Below, piece after piece: positions 57,401 to 64,000 of a stretch of DNA of 64,000 nucleotides (position 1 is its first letter; every line of letters starts with the position of its first letter). Below the pieces are notes generated by a model, which was not told the DNA's origin, did no database searches, and saw only the letters and a program-made list of their open reading frames with translations. The stretch covers positions 22,510 to 86,509 of the forward strand of contig CALXTM010000003.1 of NCBI GenBank assembly GCA_944391415.1, read 5' to 3'. Both the position numbers and the translations under genes were made by a program. The DNA is from an uncultured Alphaproteobacteria bacterium. GTDB lineage: Bacteria > Pseudomonadota > Alphaproteobacteria > RF32 > CAG-239.

Positions 57401-58658
57401 TGTCAAGCTCTTGGTTTATTAATTCGCCATGTGCGGCAAATTTTTTGTTAACACCGTCGGCTTTTTCTTCCAACACTTTTATAATCGCCACGATATCTTT
57501 ATTGCGTTTGGCCAAAGCCTCATCCATTTTTTGGATTTGCAAATCAACCGCATCATCAATATTTGCCATTCCGGTTTTAACGTTATTGTTGATTACTGCT
57601 ATATTAGACATGGCATTTTTGGTAATTTCGTCGGCCTTTGATTTGGCATCTTGGCTTACATCATCTAGAAAAGCACTCAGTTTTTGAGCATGATTTTGCA
57701 AACTTTCTTCCAGTTCGGCAACCTCGGCACCAACCGATTTTTTCAAGTTGTCGCAATTAGTAGTTGCGGCATCCGCAACTTGTTTCAACAAATTGGTCTG
57801 CCCCTCCAACACATTGCGCACAGCGTTAAACGTAGTATTGGTCCTTTCGGTAAAACTTTTAAGATTTTCATTGGCTTGTACAATATTTTCACTTGATGAA
57901 ATATTGATATTTTGCAATAATCCGGCTGTCTCTTTCAACTCGTTCAATTGCGGTTTCATATTAGCAAATAGCTCATTTAATGTTGATTGAATACCATTTC
58001 CGCCCTGAATAAAATCCTGATTTATTTTTGCCAAACTTTGACTTGAATTTTCGGCCTTGTTCAAAATACTTTCAAAATTTACCATCAAAAACTTAACACC
58101 ATCGCTCAATTCCACAATGGTTTTAGATGAATAATTGTCCAAAGTTTCCACCAATTTGGCAAAATCATCAACATTTTCTTTGATTGCATCTTTGATTTTA
58201 GATGTCTGCTCATGTGCCAGTTTAGAGACTTGTTGCAGTTCAACCACTTGCGAGCGAATGGCATCGGCCATGGCTTTGGCGGTTTGCGGGGCTCCGTCTT
58301 CAGGATAGACCAATTGGTTCATATATGCCCGCAAAAACTTCGCCTCTTGTTTAAATGAGCTGCCGCGATCAATATAGGCCATAACCACCCAAATAATCGC
58401 CAACGGCAAAGTAACTCCGGCTAAGAACCCGCCAAACTCATCCGGCATCATCAAAAACAAATTTGACCACCCAAAAAACTGGGTAATATAAATCAGCACA
58501 ATGGCAAACCACACCATGCTGACACCGATCATCAGTTTGTGCAAATTATTATTTAGCCAGGATTCTTTTTCTTCAATTTCGACAGGTGCTTTAGTTTCAT
58601 TCATAAACTGCGGCAAAACCGTAACATTGCCGTTACTCTCAGCTGCTTTATCAGACAT
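54483..58658 (-). CDS. Giant membrane-anchored coiled-coil protein (about 1391 aa)
   Basis: ATG at 58658 (the track start at 58691 is TTG). Two N-terminal TM helices (MIGVSMVWFAIVLIYITQFFGW, FLAGVTLPLAIIWVVMAYI). About 1150 aa follow with heptad-like composition rich in N/Q/E/K/A/S/T. A distinct C-terminal globular end is present (LWKKFYNGDTQVFIRSI...GADLGRLYYVLAKAL). Confidence 0.75.
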   Translation of the reverse strand: MSDKAAESNGNVTVLPQFMNETKAPVEIEEKESWLNNNLHKLMIGVSMVWFAIVLIYITQFFGWSNLFLMMPDEFGGFLAGVTLPLAIIWVVMAYIDRGSSFKQEAKFLRAYMNQLVYPEDGAPQTAKAMADAIRSQVVELQQVSKLAHEQTSKIKDAIKENVDDFAKLVETLDNYSSKTIVELSDGVKFLMVNFESILNKAENSSQSLAKINQDFIQGGNGIQSTLNELFANMKPQLNELKETAGLLQNINISSSENIVQANENLKSFTERTNTTFNAVRNVLEGQTNLLKQVADAATTNCDNLKKSVGAEVAELEESLQNHAQKLSAFLDDVSQDAKSKADEITKNAMSNIAVINNNVKTGMANIDDAVDLQIQKMDEALAKRNKDIVAIIKVLEEKADGVNKKFAAHGELINQELDKLMVRSANLEDAVAMQVSNLSGVSDKAIASMQEVENALSANASSLGEKVLAANDDMVSYINTLQEKTSDFERISGDSIDKMVDLTDNVNKKYGELQKAIAGGINQMEEMNKEINLSSENLLVQTSQSTENMNKVAEMMQKQTSSLTEASSVVVMQSQISEASLGQQQKYITDTAAKVENIKNELKRQIDELAAASASLEQDAVSVLDMLKSNIAKMLGQCTDAVNKSKAINDNLSEQANQFDTSANRTMAKVTQFENVLMKQSQNMEMLANNISDKSEEIAKSLETHTQKLTETTTNSENILAKSIADFEDKSDNINTVAQQAAKYISETTSGLDEKVAALNVMFRQQEADFYAYCNKLSENTTKMADILKAQMTGIEEGADKLFARLVVLEEDTGRRAEAVVENSHKSIEELADIEKMLSTKHELTEKTVDDAINKLKTINDVINGYLKDFDVTVGSIKTNIGETLQQIESSESAMKEINQNMLKDNETVWQKINEQNTYMENARTKFLSQGENIANMLELQKNNITEVINNLATQSRLGEASLAQQYKYLTDATVNVTAKVQEINTSFKDNTDSIFDATNKLSYEFEVLGDRLLKACDAINKSAKDSVKNIDQVSLRLNQCSEDLDTAIYHSVENINGVFNEYEKYLAGFNTVTAETSTGVVEINNLISAQSDKMVKISEDTKKLVDCFNTVLNDTSNKLAERANDAYEKVRGLGQDLKKLGLEMDDAAKLSATHMEKSGDKLRAAINEIAANAERISNTILSSGEVFVKQSQALTTIADDTAGKVNASINNLVDAGKAFENQGEAIVKESIRFNDTINIQTKTLGENAVKAEKAMKGLASTYKDIKIDSFLKDAGKIISHLESVSIDINRLLNPKDEEDLWKKFYNGDTQVFIRSIAKNMTASQINALRKEFEKNEELRKLVNIYMSEFETLVEKSKSHEYSAALMAVISGADLGRLYYVLAKALNKMN

Positions 58659-58785
58659 AAGGTCAATTCCCCATAACAAAATATTCCCCAAAGCCTTATA
58701 CCCAAGGCTTCACCCTGCATTATAAGCACAATTTTTTAAATTGGAAACACAATCCTTTTTTCCCTTGTGTTTATCCACAAGGAAT

Positions 58786-58965
58786 TCAGGCATTATCTTT
58801 CTTTTTCAAGATATAGAGCAGTTTTTGCAGCGCTCTTGCCTGCATCTCTGTCTCTGACAAGCCAACCGGAACAATAACCACGGCCTCGGTTTTGGTCTCT
58901 GGTTCAATCGCCGTAACCTTAACCGAGGCTCCCATTTTTACATATTCAAACAATACATCAGCCAT
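58786..58965 (-). CDS. Small hypothetical protein (59 aa) downstream of parC
   Basis: The ATG at 58965 lies 4 nt after the parC stop. The longer track ORF starts at a TTG inside parC. The sequence MADVLFEYVKMGASVKVTAIEPETKTEAVVIVP... resembles, as far as I remember, small proteins conserved in alphaproteobacteria, but this is unverified. Confidence 0.4.
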   Translation of the reverse strand: MADVLFEYVKMGASVKVTAIEPETKTEAVVIVPVGLSETEMQARALQKLLYILKKKDNA

Positions 58966-58969
58966 TTTT

Positions 58970-61192
58970 CTATTTGAAAAACTTATTATTTTTCGGAAAT
59001 CCGAACGGAGCAAGTTTACCAACCTGGGCTCTGTGTCCAAGCCAAGTCAACAGATCTTTCTCGACACTGACACCTCCGGCGCGATTATAGCAAAAACCGT
59101 CAGCCTCATTAAATATCTGCACATCACTCAGCCCGCCCTCTTTATATTTTTGCAGGCACACGCCTCTTCCTCTGGCAATTGTTGGAATTTCCTCTGTCTT
59201 AAATACCAAAATTTTGCGGTTATCACCAATTGTTGCAACCATATCGCCGGTAACCTTTTTACAAAACATGGTTTTTTCACCATCGGCCACGTTCATAATC
59301 TTGCGGCCTTGTCTGGTTTGTGCTATCAGGTGATTTTCGTCAACGATAAAACCATATCCTTTATCGGTTGCAATCAAATAAGCAGCTTTGGGCTCAAATA
59401 CAAACATTTCGGTGATGTTGTCGTTATTGCCCAAATCAACCATTAGTCTCAGCGGTTGACCAAATCCTCTTCCGGTCGGAATATCGCAGGCATTAATGTT
59501 AAAAAATTTGCCGGCCGTATCAAACAACACAATTTTATCGGTTGTCTGCGCATGTATTGCTTTAAGCAAGCAGTCATCATCCTTAAATTTAAATTCTTCT
59601 GTCAGATTTGCATGCCCTTTAACACATCTTATCCAGCCTTTTTCAGACAAAATAACCGTAATCGGCTCTTTCTCCACCATAGCCTCAATCGAAATATCGA
59701 TATTATCGACATCTATCTCGGCAAACTCGGTGCGTCTGCGTCCCAAGGCCGTTTTTTTGCCAAATTTTTCTCTTACGGCTTTTATCTCTTCGGCAACCTT
59801 TTGCCAACGTTTGACTTCGTCATCAAGCAAACTCTCAAGCTCGGCTTTTTCGCTGCTTAATTCGTCAAATTCGTGTCTAATATCAGCCTCTTCCAATTTC
59901 CGCAAGTTTCTAAGCTTCATATTAAGGATTGATTCGGCTTGCACCTCCGAAAGCTTAAATTTCTCCATCATCTTGAGCTTAGGATCATCATCTTCGCGGA
60001 TGATGCGTATAATCTCATCCAAATTAAGGTAGGCAATCAAATATCCCGACAATATTTCCAACCGAGCAATAATTTTTTGCAAGCGATAATCCGTTCTCCG
60101 TTGCAAAACAATCATTCTGTGATTTAAGAACTCGCGCAACACCTCGGCAATACTCATCACTCTGGGCACCCCGTCAGAATCAAGCACATTCATATTCATA
60201 TTGAACTTAGCTTCCAATTCGGTGTTCTTAAACAACAGCTCCATCAGCATATTAGCGTCGACATTGCGATTTTTCGGCTCCAACACAATTCTTACATCCT
60301 GAGCCGATTCATCTCTCACATCATTCAAAAGCGGCAGCTTTTTTTCTTGCAACAACAGAGCTATCCGCTCAATCAGCTTAGATTTTATGACCTGATACGG
60401 TATTTCGGTAACCACAATTTGGTATTGTCCCATACCCAGGTCTTCTTTTTCCCATTTGGCTCTGATTCTAAAGTTTCCCTTACCTGTGGTATAAGCATCC
60501 AATATGGTTGCAAATTTATCAACGATAATTCCGCCGGTCGGAAAATCGGGCCCTTTAATTTTTTTAACCAAACTTTCAATTGAGGCATCTGGCTTTTCAA
60601 TCATCAGCAACAAAGCGTCACATACTTCAGACAGATTATGTGGCGGAATATTTGTTGCCATTCCAACGGCAATACCGCTCGAACCATTGCACAATAAATT
60701 AGGAACGGCCCCAGGCATTACGACCGGCTCTTGTTCTTCACCGTCGTATGTATCCATAAAATCAACCGCATTTTCGTTTAGCCCATCCATCAAAGCGATG
60801 GCAAATTCGGTCAATCTCGCCTCGGTATAACGCATTGCCGCCGGGCTGTCACCATCAATATTGCCAAAATTGCCCTGCCCGTCAACCAGAGGATACCTAA
60901 CCGAAAAATCCTGCGCCAAACGACACATTGCCCCATATACGGCACTATCGCCATGCGGATGGTACTTACCAATAACGTCACCTACCACACGTGCGCATTT
61001 CTTAAATCCCGATTTAGGATCAAGATGCAACTGTCTCATCGCAAACAGAAGTCGCCGATGCACGGGCTTTAAGCCATCCCTTACATCCGGCAACGACCGT
61101 GATACGATTGTAGACATGGCATAAGACAAATAACGGCTGCTCAACTCTTCAGCCAGCTGTACGGTTTTAATTTTTTCTTGCGTTTCAGGCAT
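58970..61192 (-). CDS. parC: DNA topoisomerase IV subunit A (ParC)
   Basis: Type IIA A-subunit motifs [35 protein letters not shown] and [10 protein letters not shown] (catalytic Tyr). The 740 aa length and short C-terminal domain fit alphaproteobacterial ParC rather than GyrA. Confidence 0.85.
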   Translation of the reverse strand: MPETQEKIKTVQLAEELSSRYLSYAMSTIVSRSLPDVRDGLKPVHRRLLFAMRQLHLDPKSGFKKCARVVGDVIGKYHPHGDSAVYGAMCRLAQDFSVRYPLVDGQGNFGNIDGDSPAAMRYTEARLTEFAIALMDGLNENAVDFMDTYDGEEQEPVVMPGAVPNLLCNGSSGIAVGMATNIPPHNLSEVCDALLLMIEKPDASIESLVKKIKGPDFPTGGIIVDKFATILDAYTTGKGNFRIRAKWEKEDLGMGQYQIVVTEIPYQVIKSKLIERIALLLQEKKLPLLNDVRDESAQDVRIVLEPKNRNVDANMLMELLFKNTELEAKFNMNMNVLDSDGVPRVMSIAEVLREFLNHRMIVLQRRTDYRLQKIIARLEILSGYLIAYLNLDEIIRIIREDDDPKLKMMEKFKLSEVQAESILNMKLRNLRKLEEADIRHEFDELSSEKAELESLLDDEVKRWQKVAEEIKAVREKFGKKTALGRRRTEFAEIDVDNIDISIEAMVEKEPITVILSEKGWIRCVKGHANLTEEFKFKDDDCLLKAIHAQTTDKIVLFDTAGKFFNINACDIPTGRGFGQPLRLMVDLGNNDNITEMFVFEPKAAYLIATDKGYGFIVDENHLIAQTRQGRKIMNVADGEKTMFCKKVTGDMVATIGDNRKILVFKTEEIPTIARGRGVCLQKYKEGGLSDVQIFNEADGFCYNRAGGVSVEKDLLTWLGHRAQVGKLAPFGFPKNNKFFK

Positions 61193-61200
61193 TGTTATCC

Positions 61201-61920
61201 CTAAGTGTTTTCAACAATTTGAGCCAAATTAACACGACACTCGGGAAATTTCAAGTTATGAATTGCAAAAAAGTTTTTTTTGAGGAAAAACTCTGTCATA
61301 CTCAACAAATCAGCCACCTCCATTGCCGATGGATTGTAATTATTGTCCACAATAAAATGCGGAAACTTAAACAAACGATCTTTATATGGCTCCCCGGCCG
61401 TGCGACATACAGCCTTAGCACTTTTGGGCGATACAAATTCCAAATCATCTGTTGCACCCGTAGCAGCACATTCGCTCAAATCAAGTCCTATCCCCAAAAA
61501 CTCAAGCAAATAAAATTCCAAGAAAGAATAATGCACTATCCAATTATCTTCATCTACAAGATTAACAAAACTTTCGATCCAATAATAAAAACGATCCAAA
61601 GGCTGTAATTCCGGCAAACAGATAGTGCTAAGACTGCAAAGACAAGACAAAACCCTCAATTTTGCCGCATCATCCAAAAAGTTAACCGCATGTGGTGTAA
61701 TCAGCTCAACTTTTAAGGACAACATATTATCGTCAACCCTAGACCAGGCATCAATTTTTACCAAATTTCCAAGCTGATATGTTGCCAAATTTCTTTTGTT
61801 GACCCCGGCTTTAACATAGCCGCAAACTTTGCCGTAATGTTTACACAACACGGTCAAAATCAATGATTTTTCCCCGTGTTTACGGCAATTTATTATATAT
61901 CCTTCATCAACAAATTTCAT
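61201..61920 (-). CDS. recO: DNA repair protein RecO
   Basis: N-terminal OB-fold pattern [21 protein letters not shown], the length, and a position 8 nt upstream of parC in the same orientation. The C-terminal zinc motif is degenerate. Confidence 0.7.
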   Translation of the reverse strand: MKFVDEGYIINCRKHGEKSLILTVLCKHYGKVCGYVKAGVNKRNLATYQLGNLVKIDAWSRVDDNMLSLKVELITPHAVNFLDDAAKLRVLSCLCSLSTICLPELQPLDRFYYWIESFVNLVDEDNWIVHYSFLEFYLLEFLGIGLDLSECAATGATDDLEFVSPKSAKAVCRTAGEPYKDRLFKFPHFIVDNNYNPSAMEVADLLSMTEFFLKKNFFAIHNLKFPECRVNLAQIVENT

Positions 61921-61989
61921 AGCCCGACGCTAAGACACACCATTTTTTTACAGTCATTTTTTGGTGCAATTTCCAAGCCCTAGATCTGA

Positions 61990-62838
61990 TTAATAATAAT
62001 CATCGATCTTTGATTTTGTAATGGCATCATATTCTTTCAAATACGAAAGCAACGGTTTCATGTCTTTCAGCGCAATTGTGTTCGGCCCGTCAGACAATGC
62101 TTTGTCAGGATTCTCGTGTGTTTCCATAAACAATCCGGCAACCCCGACCGCTATGGCAGCTCTGGCCAACACCGGAGCAAACTCTCTCTGCCCACCGGTT
62201 GATGTCCCCTGCCCGCCCGGCTGCTGCACCGAATGTGTGGCATCAAATATTACCGGGAAACCCGTGTCTTTAATCATTCTGGGAAACCCTCTCATATCAA
62301 CCACCAAGGTATTATACCCAAACGAGGTTCCTCGCTCTGTAATACAAACCCTGTTGTTTCCTGAATCGGTAACTTTTTGCACCAGATTTTTAACATCCCA
62401 AGGAGCTAAAAATTGCCCTTTTTTGATATTAACCACCTTTCCGGTTTTAGCGGCCGCAACCACCAAATCGGTCTGTCGGCACAAAAAAGCCGGTATTTGC
62501 AACATATCTACGTGTTCTGCCACTTTATCGCATTGCCAGGTCTCATGCACATCGGTAACAATTGGAATATTGTCATAGATTTTTTTGATTTCGTCAAAAG
62601 TCTCCATGCCCTTATCCAGCCCGACGCCTCTTGCTCCGTGAATCGACGTACGGTTAGCCTTGTCAAACGATGCCTTGAAGATATAATTTATCCCTAAATC
62701 ACGAGTAATTTCACGCATTGCCCCACAGATATCAATAGCATGCTGTTTGCTCTCAATTTGGCACGGTCCGCACAAAAGAGTAAAAGGCAACCGATTACTT
62801 ATGTCAAAATTGCCGATTGTAACTTTTTTTTGATCCAT
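61990..62838 (-). CDS. kdsA: 3-deoxy-8-phosphooctulonate synthase KdsA
   Basis: KASFDKANRTS, LQIPAFLCRQTDL, NIKKGQF, FDATHSVQQPGG. 282 aa. Confidence 0.95.
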   Translation of the reverse strand: MDQKKVTIGNFDISNRLPFTLLCGPCQIESKQHAIDICGAMREITRDLGINYIFKASFDKANRTSIHGARGVGLDKGMETFDEIKKIYDNIPIVTDVHETWQCDKVAEHVDMLQIPAFLCRQTDLVVAAAKTGKVVNIKKGQFLAPWDVKNLVQKVTDSGNNRVCITERGTSFGYNTLVVDMRGFPRMIKDTGFPVIFDATHSVQQPGGQGTSTGGQREFAPVLARAAIAVGVAGLFMETHENPDKALSDGPNTIALKDMKPLLSYLKEYDAITKSKIDDYY

Positions 62839-62904
62839 TATAGTCCCCTACATTATAACCATTCATATGTTTTGAAGATTATTGTAAAAATAACCAAAAA
62901 GCAA

Positions 62905-64000
62905 TTACTCTTTTATAAAATCTCTAACTCTTTGTGCAAATTGCTCCAATACATCTGATTTAGGCGTATATTTTTCTTCAAACACCTCTGCTGTATGCCA
63001 GCCCAAATCATCCATAACTTGTTTAATTTCTTTAACCACACCGGCACGCCAACCATAAGAACCAAAAGCCAAACCTTTTTTCCCCTTCGGTGCCAAGCCT
63101 TTCAAATAGGTCACAAAAGCTGCAACTCTTGGAAACATTTGGTTATTAAGTGTCGGGTTACCGATTAATACATATTCGGCATCCAAAACATCGGTAATAA
63201 CGTCCGATATATGACTAACACCCAAGTTATATTTAACAACATCGATTCCCGCATCTTGGAATTCGGCCATAGCCACATCGGCCAATTTTGCGGTTGCACC
63301 CCACATTGTATCATATACGATCACGGCTTTTTTAACTGTTTTACCCTTAGCCCAGGTATCATAAAGCGATAATATTTGTGCCACTTCATCCTTACCCGAC
63401 CAAATCAGGCCATGTGATGGAGCAATCATATCAATATCAAGCTTCATATCAGCCGCGGACGACAAAGCTTTTTCGGCCTGCATACCATACGGAAGCAAGA
63501 TATTTGCATAATAACTTTTAGCGGCTTTTACCACCAAATCATTAGGATAATCTTTAACCAACAAAGCCTCACAGCACAAATGTTGTCCAAACCCGTCATT
63601 GGGCAACAACAGCTTATCTTCGGCAACATAAGTCATCATCGAATCCGGCCAGTGCAACATTGGCGTGGTCAAAAAGCTCAAATTGCGTTTGCCAATGTTA
63701 AGCACATCACCTGTCTTAACAATATGATATTGCCAACCTGTGGTATCAAAATGGGCTTCCAAAGCCATTTTACCGGCTGCATTTGTAATAATTACCGCCT
63801 GCGGAGCCAACTTCATAATTTCCGGCACACTGCCCGAGTGGTCTTGTTCTACATGGTTCACTACCAAATAGGCTATTTTTGTAAAATCGATAACAGACCT
63901 TACTCTGGCAATTTGTTCGCCGCTCATATAGGCTTTAACACCATCAACCAAAGTTATTTTATCATCCATAATCAAATAACTGTTATAGGTTGAACCATCA
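62905..64000 (-). CDS. Flavodiiron protein (FprA / rubredoxin:oxygen oxidoreductase-like), 5' end outside the window
   Basis: Metallo-beta-lactamase-like domain with the di-iron motif NHVEQDHSG, plus a C-terminal flavodoxin domain (VIVYDTMWGATA, GNPTLNNQ). The track start at 63975 is an internal TTG. The frame stays open to the window edge, and the upstream codons read DGSTYNSYLI, which is the conserved FDP N-terminal block. Confidence 0.85.
   Translation of the reverse strand, partial: DGSTYNSYLIMDDKITLVDGVKAYMSGEQIARVRSVIDFTKIAYLVVNHVEQDHSGSVPEIMKLAPQAVIITNAAGKMALEAHFDTTGWQYHIVKTGDVLNIGKRNLSFLTTPMLHWPDSMMTYVAEDKLLLPNDGFGQHLCCEALLVKDYPNDLVVKAAKSYYANILLPYGMQAEKALSSAADMKLDIDMIAPSHGLIWSGKDEVAQILSLYDTWAKGKTVKKAVIVYDTMWGATAKLADVAMAEFQDAGIDVVKYNLGVSHISDVITDVLDAEYVLIGNPTLNNQMFPRVAAFVTYLKGLAPKGKKGLAFGSYGWRAGVVKEIKQVMDDLGWHTAEVFEEKYTPKSDVLEQFAQRVRDFIKE

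Noticed and set aside
58692-58785. Two hairpins (aagcctt...aaggctt at 58691-58711; ccttgtg...cacaagg at 58763-58782) between the small ORF and the coiled-coil gene, considered as terminators
   Set aside because: Neither is followed by a U-tract on the minus strand. They may affect transcript stability or translation of the coiled-coil gene, but they cannot be called intrinsic terminators.
62905-63975. Track start codon for the flavodiiron gene at 63975
   Set aside because: That codon is TTG, read as Leu within the conserved YNSYLI block. The frame remains open to the window end, so the gene is 5'-truncated by the window rather than starting here.
1-64000. Search for CRISPR arrays, IS elements, integrases, prophage blocks and rRNA
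   Set aside because: I found no regularly spaced direct repeats, no transposase- or integrase-like ORFs, no terminal inverted repeats flanking a gene block and no rRNA-like conserved stretches. tRNA-Pro is the only canonical RNA gene.

Overview
This window looks like a core chromosomal segment of a low-GC, reduced-genome alphaproteobacterium. The lineage call rests on an alpha-type Hfq ([21 protein letters not shown]), an alpha-type ParC N-terminus, and dusB-trkA-hfq-hflX synteny. The gene content fits an anaerobic lifestyle: an Rnf complex, a flavodiiron protein and FucO. I support about 63 protein genes, one tRNA-Pro(UGG), several clear rho-independent terminators, and one unclassified structured GC-rich intergenic element. 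I saw no rRNA, CRISPR array, transposase, integrase or obvious prophage. The main blocks are: a partial mfd; an 11-gene minus-strand FAS-II/acetyl-CoA carboxylase supercluster (fabZ-accA-accD-fabK-like-fabI-accB-accC-fabH-fabF-fabD-fabG) with no acpP; apbE-rseC-rnfBCDGEA; a queH-pip-histidine phosphatase-small ORF-zeta toxin string; a yejEF-like half ABC system led by an 876 aa EptA/sulfatase-like membrane protein; hflX-hfq-trkA-dusB; a roughly 1390 aa membrane-anchored coiled-coil protein; and parC-recO-kdsA plus a partial flavodiiron gene. The ORF track translates TTG/GTG starts as M, so I re-derived several starts from ATG and Shine-Dalgarno context. The candidates most worth follow-up are the giant coiled-coil locus, the 710 aa lysozyme-like/TPR membrane protein, the zeta-toxin module with its coupled phosphatase, the EptA-like-yejEF operon, the structured intergenic RNA-like element, and the long Cys-rich FabK-like reductase. 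All functional calls come from motif recognition by eye. No database search was run.
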